DNA of 64,000 nt from Nitrosopumilus sp. Its GTDB lineage: Archaea > Thermoproteota > Nitrososphaeria > Nitrososphaerales > Nitrosopumilaceae. The stretch covers positions 1,920,001 through 1,984,000 of the forward strand of contig OZ250186.1 of the NCBI GenBank assembly GCA_965238275.1, written 5' to 3'. A model generated the notes under the pieces. The model was not told the DNA's origin. It made no database searches and saw only the letters and a list, made by a program, of their open reading frames with translations. This document shows, piece by piece, positions 7,808 through 18,303 of the stretch; position 1 is the first letter of the stretch; each line of letters starts with the position of its first letter. Both the position numbers and the translations under genes were made by a program.

Positions 7808-10570
7808 GTGCTCGGGACGACAAAGTTAGGCCGTCGCGATCCAAATATGAGTGGGTGCCAATCCCTTCGAGAATTGCAAATGAAGGAATCGGCACGCCAG
7901 ACATGCTTGGAGGTGGAAGAATTTAAGGCAACGCACGAGCCCTCCTTGCCCTTACCACAAATCCCACCGGATGCAGGGGCGTGCATGAAATCAGGATGCA
8001 GGTGCTGCCGGTTCTGGGCAAGGGTGCTTGGTGACACGATCGGTTTGGCAGGCAAGATCCCGAAGGCTGCTGCTGCTGCTGCTGCCGAAGTTGCAGGCAG
8101 ACCATGTACCGGCTGCAAGGAGATCGAGGGCCTGCAGGCACTCGTCTCATCCCTCACAGAGGACAACAAGAGGTACGCCAAGGCCAACAGGGAGCTTAAC
8201 GCCAAGGCCAACAGGATCAACATCCCCACCGTGACCAAGAAAAAGGCAGGCCCAAGGAAGGCCGGCAGGCCCAAGGGGCAAAAACCCACCATCAACTGCA
8301 GGCCAAAACGCGTCGACCGCGTCGAGGAGATCGACTGCAAGGAATGTCCCGACTGTGGCAACGACAATCTTTCGGACGTGACTGACAGGTACGATCGCAT
8401 CGTGACTGTCATGCGCGTCATACTGGAAAACGTCAGGTACGTCATCAAGCGGCGCTGGTGCCGCGGGTGCAAAAAACAGGTCTCTGGAAGGGTTCCCGGC
8501 GCGGCAAAACACGCGCGCCGTTCATCAAACTTTGATGCGGCCATGACGTCCCTGAACATGAACGGTTTGTCGCATGCCAGGGCCGCAGAATTTGGCAGTG
8601 ACGCGTGGGGGCACAAAATCTCGCGCCCGTCTGCATACCGCGGCAAGATCAGGCAGGCAGAGCGCATGGCACCGGAGCGTGATTCTGTAAGAAAGCGCGT
8701 GTTAGAGGCGCCACACCTGAACGCAGACGAATTCCACTGGCCGTTGGGCGGCAAACGCGGCTACGGGATAGTGGCCCTGGCAAAAGACGCCTGCCTCGTG
8801 GAGGTGACCGGCTCGCGGGGCATCAAGACGCTTTGCCACACACTCCCGGACTACGGTGGAACCATAACGCAGGACTCGTATGCAGGATGGCTCCACGTGG
8901 GATCGTGCCGCCAGATGTGCGTGTGGCACCAGAGACATAATCCGTAATTGGGTATAACCACACGATTGGACGCATTGCAGGACAAATCCGGTTGATTGCA
9001 CGGAATTGCATGTCAATTCGAACTTACCCGATGATCAAAACTATACGTCAGCCGTGTTTTATTCTGATTGCCCATGTCAAAGCATGTCATTATACGACAA
9101 ATTAGCAAAAAAGCCCAAACTGTTCATCCGGTGCACTGGACTGACAGTCTCCGAATTTAATTTGGTGGCAGGGCGGCTGGCAAAAAAATACCCCAGGGCA
9201 GAGCAAAAGCGACTCTCCAAAAGAAGCAGGATGCGCGGCATTGGTGCCGGACGCAGGTGGAAACTGGATCTGAAAAACAGGTTTCTTCTGGTCCTGTTTT
9301 ATTACAGGACATACGCCACACAGGATCTTCTTGCCATGGTGTTTCAGGTGGGCCAGGCTAGCGTGTCCCGCAGCATGGGGGCACTGGAGCCGTCGATCCG
9401 GCAGTGCGTTCCGCTTCCGTCAAAGATCTACGCCAGCATCAAGGCCACCAAGACGCTTGACGATCTTGAGGAGATCATTCCGGGCCTGACTGCCCTGATT
9501 GATGCCTCCGAGCAGCAGATACAACGTCCCGGGCGCAAGGACATGGAACGGTCCCACTACTCGGGCAAGGCACACAGGCACACGTCCAAGGTCCAGTACA
9601 CATCGGCCACGGACGGCCTCATCCTTCACAAGACGGCATTCCCCGGGCAGGATCCACGACTTTGCAGTATTCAAAAAGAAACACCCGACATTCCCTGACA
9701 ACCTTCCACGCAAGGACGGGAGCAAGGACAAGAAAAGGATCAAGGTCAGAGAGATCCTGGATGGCGGATACCAGGGGATCAACAAGGAGTTTCCTGACCG
9801 GGATGCCGTAGTGCCGTACAAGAAGCAAAAAGGTGCAGAATTGTCCCCCGAGCAGAAGGAATTCAACAAAAAACACTCAAAGGTACGGGTGTATGTGGAG
9901 CACGCCATCCGCAGGGTCAAACGGTTTCGCATAATGGGCGGTGTCTACCGAAACCGCCTGAAAAAATATGACACCATCAATGACATCGTTTGCGGATTTG
10001 CCAACCTCAGGGTTCTCCTAGTCCGGGAAGCAATCGGGTAGGAGTCAAAAAACCTACACAATATAGGAAAATATGCATAATTTCTAATTACGGATTATGT
10101 CTCAGGAACGCCTGGTGCAAAAGGACGTCCTGACCAACCCCAAAGGTGACGTTCCAAAGTTTCTGGACAGGCTGTCGGCAATCCACGATAAGATTTATCG
10201 CGCATCCAGAATCGAGGACGGGCACACGAGGATCGTCGCGGCCCACTGCATAGACGCGGAGCTGCGCGGGCTGATGAACGAACCGTTTGCAGACGATGGG
10301 CACGGCACCATCGCCAGACACAAGAAGAGGAACCCCCGGGAGGGATACTTTATGACCACCTGCCTGCACGTGGACGGCATCGAGCCGGACAACAACGCAG
10401 TGGAGAGGGTCAACCGGAGGTTTGTGGCCATAAGGAGCGACGGGGGCGGAAACCGCTCCCAGAAGGGCATGGATGCCAACTCGATCCTGTTCACGCTGCT
10501 GGCAACTGACAGGATCAACGCGAACAGTTTCTTTGATCATCTGGTCCGCTCGTCCTCTGGAGACAGTTGA
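7808..10570 (+). pseudogene. IS66 transposase split by IS5 insertion (7808..8932 + 10106..10570)
   Basis: CPDCG zinc ribbon, NADEFHW, TQDSY, DNNAVERVNR; removing the insert restores the frame ...QMCVWHQ|ERLVQKD. Confidence 0.88.
8933..10102 (+). mobile_element. IS5-family (ISL2-like) element type B, 1170 bp, frameshifted transposase (9084..9698 / ..10041)
   Basis: TIR AGACATAATCCGTAATT; 3-bp TSD CAG; IDASEQ, LDGGYQG, RVYVEHAIRRVK motifs; frameshift near 9635. Confidence 0.9.
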
Positions 10571-10683
10571 GGCATCATCTGACGGCACGTATGGTGCATC
10601 ACGGGAAAAAAGATTCCACGGCAAGGGAAAGGCTGCACCTGCTCCACTGTTAGGCAGGCCACTTCAAAAAGCGAAACTGTTAC

Positions 10684-11001
10684 CAAAATCCATCCATGGC
10701 TGCCCTGCATGTCCTGCGCGACCCCCACAGCACCGGTTGCCTGACACATGTCAGGCCGCCGTGCCGGCCCGCCACCCGATTCGGGCACAACGCACCACGC
10801 CCGACAGCACCAAAAAAGGCCCACTTCGCAAGTCCGATCACCGGATCGGCCAAAATGCAGCTCAGCCGAGCCTCATCCCCGCCCGGAAAAAACCCTGAAT
10901 AATGCCAATTAAATGGGCATTTATGGCCGAAAACGTAGCTCAGTTGGTAATTAATCGGGGCAGATCAGGCACGAAATCGCTTCGCAAAGGCGACCTCTTA
11001 C
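10684..11001 (+). mobile_element. right-end remnant of IS66 type 2
   Basis: Reverse complement of 46665..46982, ends ...GGCGACCTCTTAC. Confidence 0.92.
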
Positions 11002-11041
11002 GAAAAAAGGGCCTTTTATGCATGGGAGTGGTGTTGGGTAG

Positions 11042-12166
11042 ATGTTCGGAAGAAAGAGGCAAAAGCAGCAGGAGGTTTCCGACACCAGTGTCCGCACCCA
11101 CGAGTCCGGATATATCATGCGGATCGGCGAGAGCCTGGTGCTGGCTCAGGAAGCCACGTCTCCAGAGGGCAACGGCTGGTTGTTGGCGACCAACAAGTCG
11201 CTTTTCTTCATCCACGGCAGCCGAGGCGTCTACCTGTACTTGGATCACGGCATGATCAAGTCGTTGGGGAACGAGAAGGGTAAGATTACCATCAAGTGGC
11301 TGGAGAAGGGTCGGCAGTTCGAGTTCCAGATGAGGCTGAAAGATGGGTTTTATACACCAAACGAGGCAGTCAACACACTCAACACGCGGTTCCAATACGC
11401 GGGGTCGGCATTCGAGCACATCGAACTGACCGGGAAGGAGATCTGGGAAGCCAGGAAAGACAGGCTTGAACGCATAGGACGGATATTGGGAAACATACGG
11501 AAGGAAGTAACCAGGCTGCAGCAGAAGAAAGAACTGGACCAAGAAGAACAGAAGGACCTAAAACGGGCCTTGTTCCATCAAACCGCGGCCGCCAAAAACG
11601 AGAGGTGTATTACGTCCATGCCGTTCGTGCGTTCTGCCAAGGTTCCAGCGCACGTTCCGCTTACCATGGTCTGGAATGATTGTTACTTTGACAACAAGAG
11701 GAAGTTGTACGTTACGTTCCGTAGGTTCCGCAACGGCTTGGGTCCGGAAACACTGGCCGACCAGAAGAAGTTGAATCCGGACGGTGAAGGCACGGTGTTT
11801 CCCATAGACATGGTGGACTTTCGTCACGGCTACCCCGCTATCGAAGTGAAGACCGAAGACGGGCACTATACTGCCAGCCTGTTGTGCACCATGGCCGAGG
11901 AGATGATTACCGAAGAGCTTGTCACTGCACTGTTGGGCACCCACGTTTCCTGGGACAACAGCGAAGAGGCGTACATGGGGCGGGTCTGGTACGAGACCGA
12001 AGCCACGCGCTGGATAGGGGGAGGCTTCTTCAAGATGACGGACGCCGAACGCGAAAAAGCGATAAAACACATTCCGTGGCTGAAAAACACCAATGATCCG
12101 GGCATTCCCTGGACAAAACCGTACAAGATCATTCCATTGAATGAAGGACAAGCAGCCAAACTGTAG
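11042..12166 (+). CDS. hypothetical protein, possible PH-like N-terminus; paralog of 14557..15337
   Basis: GNGWLLATNKSLFF (PH/GRAM-like); shared WNDCY, YETE, IPWxKPYKIIPLNE motifs with paralog. Confidence 0.7.
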   Translation: MFGRKRQKQQEVSDTSVRTHESGYIMRIGESLVLAQEATSPEGNGWLLATNKSLFFIHGSRGVYLYLDHGMIKSLGNEKGKITIKWLEKGRQFEFQMRLKDGFYTPNEAVNTLNTRFQYAGSAFEHIELTGKEIWEARKDRLERIGRILGNIRKEVTRLQQKKELDQEEQKDLKRALFHQTAAAKNERCITSMPFVRSAKVPAHVPLTMVWNDCYFDNKRKLYVTFRRFRNGLGPETLADQKKLNPDGEGTVFPIDMVDFRHGYPAIEVKTEDGHYTASLLCTMAEEMITEELVTALLGTHVSWDNSEEAYMGRVWYETEATRWIGGGFFKMTDAEREKAIKHIPWLKNTNDPGIPWTKPYKIIPLNEGQAAKL

Positions 12167-12468
12167 GGCCATGCAGGCAACATGGCTCGCACCACATTCC
12201 GGCCGCACATAAATACGGATTCCGCAATCACTGATGTGGAAAGATCATGGTTCAGCCGATCCCGACGACGTCGTGGAACGCTGCAAGGTATTTTGGCATC
12301 TCCGGTATTGCCAACCCGTCCCACCTTGCCAGGCCGGTCATGACCCAAAAGAACACGTGGCCGGCGTACCATAATCTGGAGGGCGTTTCAGTCGTCGGTG
12401 TTTGTCCCATGGTTTTACGGCCCGGTGAGCGCAAAAGGCCTTTTTTAACAGATGCCATTCCTGTCTGT

Positions 12469-13137
12469 ATGCTGCAGGAACTGGTATTCTTCAGGAACAC
12501 GTCAACCCTGGACGAGACGCTGTACACAAGTCCGGCCGGAAAGCTGTCGATACGGCAGACGATGATCCTCGGGGCCGGATGCGGCATTGTCATGCTGGCG
12601 GCCATGAACGCGTACAATGCAGACAACGACTTCATGGACGCGGCATACTACCTGCCGTTCCTGGCAATCCCGCTGGTGATCGGCCTGTACAAGCCCAAGA
12701 TACTGACCATGGACGAACTGCTCTATTCTGTCATGCTGTTTCTCATAAACGGCTCTTCGGTCAGGCAGATCCCCAAGCCAAAAAGGACCAGGGGCAAGGC
12801 AAGGGCGGTCAGGAACCCCAGCAGGCGCATTGGATATTACTCGCTGGAGCGGCAGTACGTTCAAAAGGAGAGGATCAGGGTCGTCACGGTGTCAGACCTG
12901 GGCAAGCCGACCAGGCTCAAACTGGTAATACAAAAGCCCGACGGCGGGGCCTTCAGGAACCATTTCGTCTCGATATACCTGGACGGCGTGCGCGTGACTG
13001 CGATGACCACGGACAGTGCAGGAGAAGTCGAGGCGCTCGTGACGCCAGGAACTGAAGGTAATCATTCACTGAAAGTCATGGCGAAAGGATACGACGAACC
13101 CGTCATAGACGGCGACATCAGGTTCAGGCGGGGATGA
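12469..13137 (+). CDS. PrgI/VirB3-like membrane protein with C-terminal beta domain (conjugation-related, tentative)
   Basis: LSIRQTMILG followed by two TM helices, typical PrgI layout; start chosen at ATG 12469. Confidence 0.5.
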   Translation: MLQELVFFRNTSTLDETLYTSPAGKLSIRQTMILGAGCGIVMLAAMNAYNADNDFMDAAYYLPFLAIPLVIGLYKPKILTMDELLYSVMLFLINGSSVRQIPKPKRTRGKARAVRNPSRRIGYYSLERQYVQKERIRVVTVSDLGKPTRLKLVIQKPDGGAFRNHFVSIYLDGVRVTAMTTDSAGEVEALVTPGTEGNHSLKVMAKGYDEPVIDGDIRFRRG

Positions 13138-13149
13138 GGTATTGTTAAC

Positions 13150-14496
13150 TTATCGGGGCCTGCCGGCAGTCCGGCGACTCCGAGCAATTTGAGATATCAC
13201 AAGACAGCCGCGCACTGGCGGTTCCTTCCTTGGAAGCCCGAACAAACGGGCGCCGTCCTCATGCTTGACGACGGCCATACCTGCCGCCGCGCCTCCCCGA
13301 ACCGATATGTTCACGGAGGCGTTTTCGTCCGCGTTCATTACGGACCTGCAACACGTGCAGTGGAAATCTGCCTGGTTTTCCCGGGATCTGGAATCTGTCG
13401 TTCCGCACCGGCAACATGTTTGGGACGTGTATGCTGCGGGCACAGTTTCATGGAGCGTGCCACTTTTTCTACAGCCCCATTCTATCGTATCCAGAAGGGA
13501 GCCGACGCGGGCGTATGCCATGCTGCGGTTCAAACCACGGTTACCCGGTGTGTCGTATTTTCGCTTCGCCATTGCCTGAAGGTTGAGATCCTCCACGACT
13601 ATCTTGCCGGCAAGTCCGGACAAAAAGCTCGCAGCCTGGCGCTCCCAGTTTTGGGCGCGGTTTGCAATCTTTTTGGCCTTGGTCTGGATTCTCCGGGTTA
13701 TTGATTTGTAATCCCGGGAGCCGCGCTTTTTCTTGGCTCGCTTGGAGTACAGTCTGGCAATGTCATCGTCCTTGTACCTTCTTGCATTTTCGGGCGGATC
13801 CATGAACCAGACGTGGTTGGTTCCGTCCTGCTGGAGCGAGACTGCCAGCGCGTGCTTTACGCCTGCGTCTATGCCGATAATCGGCCCGCCCACCTTCTTC
13901 TTCGGGGGATCGGGCTCGCGTATGCTGACGTGCAGTTCAATGTGGCCGTTCTTCCTTGTTAACGAGTACGACCGCATGTCCATGTCAGGCAGTCTGCGCG
14001 CGAGTTGGACTTGGCCAACGCCTGGAAGGTACAGCTTTCCACCATTCCGTGGTTTGGGTGTGGCCTGAGATATTACGGTATGCTGATTCTTGAACAATGT
14101 TTCGGGGTTCTTGCATCGTGGCTTGCGGCCGTCTTTGGCCAGTTTGCTTCTGGACCATCGCTTCTTCATGTTGGAGTATAGAAAACTGGAAACCGTTTCG
14201 CGCGCGCGGCAGCACGCGGCTCTCTGCAGGAGCGCGGGTCCCAGATTTTTGCCGCGCCTGAACTCGGTAAGCTTGTAATACGAATGGTACGTTCCGGGCA
14301 GGCTCGTCCATACCAGTCCGGGTATGGAATCCGGCTCCGCGCCCTGTTCCTCCAAAAACTCCCGCACGGTTTCTGCCTCGTCGTAGTACCACGCGACGGC
14401 GTGCTTGTAGACAATATCGTAATTTTTCCGCGCAGTCTCGAAGGAATCCTCGAACCTGGAATCATAGTATATTGGCACGCGGACGGTCTTGTACAT
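13150..14496 (-). CDS. tnpB: TnpB RNA-guided endonuclease (solo, IS1341-like)
   Basis: RuvC motifs GIDAG, VVEDL, NADENASVNI; YTSQTCCRCG...CTCC zinc finger; no adjacent tnpA. Confidence 0.9.
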   Translation of the reverse strand: MYKTVRVPIYYDSRFEDSFETARKNYDIVYKHAVAWYYDEAETVREFLEEQGAEPDSIPGLVWTSLPGTYHSYYKLTEFRRGKNLGPALLQRAACCRARETVSSFLYSNMKKRWSRSKLAKDGRKPRCKNPETLFKNQHTVISQATPKPRNGGKLYLPGVGQVQLARRLPDMDMRSYSLTRKNGHIELHVSIREPDPPKKKVGGPIIGIDAGVKHALAVSLQQDGTNHVWFMDPPENARRYKDDDIARLYSKRAKKKRGSRDYKSITRRIQTKAKKIANRAQNWERQAASFLSGLAGKIVVEDLNLQAMAKRKYDTPGNRGLNRSMAYARVGSLLDTIEWGCRKSGTLHETVPAAYTSQTCCRCGTTDSRSRENQADFHCTCCRSVMNADENASVNISVRGGAAAGMAVVKHEDGARLFGLPRKEPPVRGCLVISQIARSRRTAGRPR

Positions 14497-14556
14497 ACAG
14501 AATTATGGGCCGCATTTCATTTAAGCGCGGCAGAACTCATTACAAGTGATCACGGT

Positions 14557-15337
14557 CTAGGGTTTGGCAGCCTGTTCCTCATTCAATGGGATGATCTTGT
14601 ACGGCTTGATCCATGGAATATCGGGGTTGTTGGTGTATGCAAGCCAGGGCAGGTACTTCAAGCATATCTCCCGTTCTTTTTCCGTCAATTTGAAGAACTT
14701 GCCGCCTATCCGGCGCGGGGTCTCGGTCTCGTAATAGACAGAGCCCATGTTTATCAAGTCCTTTCTGTCAAAATAATGTTGAAGTTTAAACAATGTAATG
14801 ACAAGATCTTCTGTAATCATTTCCTCCGATAGTGTGCAGAGGATGCTGGTGCAATAATGACCATTTTTTGTCTCCCCTTGGAAAAGATCTAATGTTGCAA
14901 GTTTAAACAATGTAAGTGCCACTACCACTACCTGGATCATTTCCTCCGATACCGCTGGATATCCATAACAAAATGTCATTTCGCCCTGTGGGATCACTAC
15001 TCCCTCACAATCGGGATTGAGTTCCTTTTGGTTCGCTAGCATCTTTGGACCCAGGCCGTCGCGGAACTTGCGGAATGTGACGAAGACTTTCCTTTTTTTG
15101 TCATAATAACAATCATTCCAAATGTACTTGAGTGGGATATGGGCAGGGATTTTGGTAGATTTAACAACCGGCATCATTTCAGCATATTTTACATTTTGAC
15201 TGTAGTCTATCGCTAGACGTTGAAGAATCTCAAGTTCTTTTTTAGTCTCCTCGTTAAGTTGATCATTCTTTAGTTTTTCAATATCGTTCTGCAAATCCTC
15301 CAACTCCTTTTTATGAATACTAACCCTGTCCTTCCTA
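14557..15337 (-). pseudogene. paralog of 11042..12166, interrupted by TIR-flanked TnpB element
   Basis: RKDR...WNDCY...YETETPRRIGGKFF aligns to paralog; 5' part cut at TA 15336. Confidence 0.75.
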
Positions 15338-16783
15338 TAGCGGCGAGCGAAAGTTCGTGCAAACAGATCTCTCTGTAGCATGTCCTGATGCTCTTTCCGG
15401 CGCTCTGTCAGACCTTCCAATATTGTCGTCGTTGTCGGATCCAAGCCGACCTGTCGAATTGTTCATTCCAGAACTATCCGATCCGTGATCCTCGCGCCTT
15501 GTGACGACCTCGACACCTGCAATGGTGCCTCCACGATTCCCGTGGGCTTGGCCGCCAGTCTCCTCCGTATGGAGACAGTCATTATCCAAAATGTTTTTTG
15601 CCGCGTTCTTGTCGGCATGGTGGCACCATCCGCATGAGACGCAGACAAATGATTCGCCGTTCCTGGATTTCTTGTCCACTACCCCGCAGGCAGCGCATCT
15701 CTGGCTTGTATGTGCGTGTTCCACGCGTCTTGAAATTCCGCCTTTCTTTTTCATCTGCCATTCAAGCTGGATCCTGAACTCGCCCATTCTGGAATAGGCC
15801 ATCTCGCGGTTCAACCCCGTCTTTGAAGCCGCCCCGTTGGATCGCCTCATCTTGGTCAAATCCAGATCTTCCAAGAACAATACGGACAGTCCTTTTGTTA
15901 TCCGCCTGGCAATGTCGATCTCGTTGTGTTTTTGCCTGTTTGATATCTTTTTCAATTCATGCGTTACCTTGCGGCCGATCTCTTTCCATCTTCTGGAGCC
16001 TGCCTGGCATCTTGATCTAAGTGATTTCAGCTGATCAATCCTGTCGCCGTCATGCCTCTTGCAGCCTCCGGGGACATTGTGCAGTTTTTCGTTCCCATGC
16101 TCGTCTGCGACTGCCGCAAGGTGCCTGACTCCAAGATCCAGCCCTGCCTTGCATCCGCCGCCGCCACCACCGCCTGTCGCGGGTTCGGGGTCTGGGACTT
16201 CTATCTGCAAATGCAGTTTGAATTCGCGATCACCATCCTTGGTCTTACGCGTGACCTTGCCTGTGGTGTCAATCATCTGGAATGACACGAGCCTGCCTTC
16301 CGGAGCCTTCGTGCGTGGCCTTGCTTCCCAGAGTCCGGGCAGAAATACGGCTCCACTGTCTCGCAGTTTTGGCTTTCCGCGTGAATTCAGCGAGCGCAGC
16401 CTGGTTGTTTTCCTGCCGCGCCTCATCAGGCTGGACGGCTCGGTCCACCGATTGTGCTTGTACGTCTTCTTGTTCCCCAGCTTGATCTGCTTCTTGCGCC
16501 AGATGCGCTTGTTGTGCTTGAGCCGGTTTGCCTTGCGGAATTTGACTGCCGCCTGGAAAGCCTGTTTTGAGGCGGCCTCATGCATGTGGACGCTGCTGGC
16601 CAGGTTGAATTCCCTGCGCCATCCTGTTATCAGGTTGTTGACATCAAACTGTGTGATCCGTGAGTGTGCAAGTTTCATCATGATTGTCATGTCGTAAATG
16701 ATGTCTGTTTCCCGGGAGCATTTCACGATCTTGCGTGACAGTTCCCGAGATTGTGTTATCTTGATGATTTTACTGACAATCAT
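15335..16783 (-). CDS. tnpB: TnpB RNA-guided endonuclease
   Basis: GLDLG, FLEDL, HADKNAAKNI RuvC triad; TSQRCAACG...CVSCG zinc finger; stop codon formed by TSD plus flank. Confidence 0.9.
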   Translation of the reverse strand: MIVSKIIKITQSRELSRKIVKCSRETDIIYDMTIMMKLAHSRITQFDVNNLITGWRREFNLASSVHMHEAASKQAFQAAVKFRKANRLKHNKRIWRKKQIKLGNKKTYKHNRWTEPSSLMRRGRKTTRLRSLNSRGKPKLRDSGAVFLPGLWEARPRTKAPEGRLVSFQMIDTTGKVTRKTKDGDREFKLHLQIEVPDPEPATGGGGGGGCKAGLDLGVRHLAAVADEHGNEKLHNVPGGCKRHDGDRIDQLKSLRSRCQAGSRRWKEIGRKVTHELKKISNRQKHNEIDIARRITKGLSVLFLEDLDLTKMRRSNGAASKTGLNREMAYSRMGEFRIQLEWQMKKKGGISRRVEHAHTSQRCAACGVVDKKSRNGESFVCVSCGWCHHADKNAAKNILDNDCLHTEETGGQAHGNRGGTIAGVEVVTRREDHGSDSSGMNNSTGRLGSDNDDNIGRSDRAPERASGHATERSVCTNFRSPL

Positions 16784-16851
16784 ACCTGTAGTTGGGATTT
16801 ATTTTCTTAAAAAGGATCTCAAAAAATTGCACGAACTTTCGCTTTTCACTA
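15338..16851 (-). mobile_element. non-autonomous TIR element with TA duplication carrying only tnpB
   Basis: 25-bp TIRs TAGCGGCGAGCGAAAGTTCGTGCAA / TAGTGAAAAGCGAAAGTTCGTGCAA (21/25), flanked by TA at 15336-37 and 16852-53 (target CCTAGG). Confidence 0.88.
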
Positions 16852-17244
16852 TAGGATGCTGCCATACATCCCATGCATTTTTTGACACGTAATGCAGATA
16901 AGGGATCATGGACGTCGGGTGCGGGCTCCACGACAGCAACATGGAAGTCAAGGACTAGTGTCCTGCATGCGGTGCGTCTAAGACGGTACTGGTTCGTGTC
17001 CTGTTTGCCTGCAGCGATGGGCGGCCGTGGCAAAGTTGCCATTGGGCGGGAAAAATTTTTCCCATTCAATGGAAATCCGGGCAGCCGTGCAGAATTCGGC
17101 GTCATAAACTGCCGCCTGGCGTGCTGAAGGTGTATCTGGTGTGGATGCAAGGAATGCGTTGGCAACGGACAGAATCTCATAAAAGAAAGTTATAGCGCTC
17201 CCGCTATGCTGCTTAAATGCCGAGCGATTCTTGTCGGTGTGGGA

Positions 17245-17460
17245 ATGCACGTCAAAAAAATAAAGAAAGGACGGTACCTGTATTTTACCGAGATGCAGGG
17301 CGGCAAAAAAGTGGAGACGTACTGCGGCTCCGTTGACAGCCCTGCCTCGAAACTTAAGGTGCTGTCGTTGGAGAAGAAAAGATTGGAAAGGACACAGCAG
17401 GAGGATCTGGCCAACTTGGAGGCAATCCAGCTGCAGTTGGAGCCAATGACGGTCGCCTAG
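17245..17460 (+). CDS. small MGE-type putative DNA-binding protein
   Basis: KKIKKGRYLYF...KKVETYCG beta-strand pattern plus coiled coil, common in archaeal mobile elements. Confidence 0.45.
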   Translation: MHVKKIKKGRYLYFTEMQGGKKVETYCGSVDSPASKLKVLSLEKKRLERTQQEDLANLEAIQLQLEPMTVA

Positions 17461-17490
17461 CCTCTTTTAAGTAGGACGGCCACGGAATGC

Positions 17491-18303
17491 GTGTCTGAGT
17501 ATTACACCGAGGGGGCAGAGTCCGGTGGCCGAAAAAAGTACATCGTATTGGGCGCGGCTGGAATCGGAATAGTGGTGGTGGTGGTGGTGGTGGCGTTGCT
17601 GGCGTTTTCGGGAATGCTGGACATTACGGTAAATGACGAGCCCGTTGAGGTTCCAAAGATTGATGAAAACAGGCTGTACGTGTTTACGGGCATGCAGGAG
17701 ATAATGGAAGGGTTGGACGTGCCGGAAATAGAGGTCGTCCCAGTCCAGGAAAACGTTGGCGGCGCCAACACCGGGCTGGTTCCAGCAGAGAATGGGGTGA
17801 TTGAGGACGTGCAGGATGGCGACGTCCAAAGCCTTACGGAGCTGGCAATAAACAGGCTCGTCGATGCGCGCGAGGAGTTTGGGCTTGCCGACGAGCCTGC
17901 AGACGACGACGGCGGCCTGACCATGGAGGACATACTTGGGAGTGAACCGCCGGATCCGGAGGACGTGACGCAGCCGGGTGCCGACATACTTGAAAAGGTC
18001 GAAGAGTTCAAGAAGATACCCGCAGAGCCCGTCCCCGACGGCGCGACGTCCGGCACCGTGACGTGGGTGCTTACCGGAAATACCATCAACATAAACGAAG
18101 TCCTGATACATCTGACCGGAGTGCCTGCAGGCGGCGGGGTAGGCGACAGGGACAAGCTGATGCGGGAATGCCCGCGTGACACGCTGGTGCTGTATACTCT
18201 TGACGGAAGGGCGGATTCTGACGGCAGCAAGTACGGAAAGGTGTGGTGTTACGGCTATCCCCCGACTCCGCCAGAGAACAGCGTGAACAGCATCCTCAAA
18301 TGA
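17491..18303 (+). CDS. membrane-anchored acidic protein with thermonuclease/OB-fold-like C-terminus
   Basis: Single TM (VVVVVVALL), acidic linker, GNTININ...IHLTGV...KYGKVWC...VNSIL. Confidence 0.5.
   Translation: MSEYYTEGAESGGRKKYIVLGAAGIGIVVVVVVVALLAFSGMLDITVNDEPVEVPKIDENRLYVFTGMQEIMEGLDVPEIEVVPVQENVGGANTGLVPAENGVIEDVQDGDVQSLTELAINRLVDAREEFGLADEPADDDGGLTMEDILGSEPPDPEDVTQPGADILEKVEEFKKIPAEPVPDGATSGTVTWVLTGNTININEVLIHLTGVPAGGGVGDRDKLMRECPRDTLVLYTLDGRADSDGSKYGKVWCYGYPPTPPENSVNSILK

Larger units (their letters stand above)
7731..10683 (+). mobile_element. IS66-family element (type 1), interrupted by an IS5
   Basis: 24-bp TIR GTAA(TT/CA)GTTTCGCTTTTTGAAGTG at 7731 and 10660-10683; no matching TSD. 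Confidence 0.85.

Noticed and set aside
9600-9700. Programmed frameshift in IS5 type B
   Set aside because: No slippery run at the break; a single-base loss or sequence error is simpler
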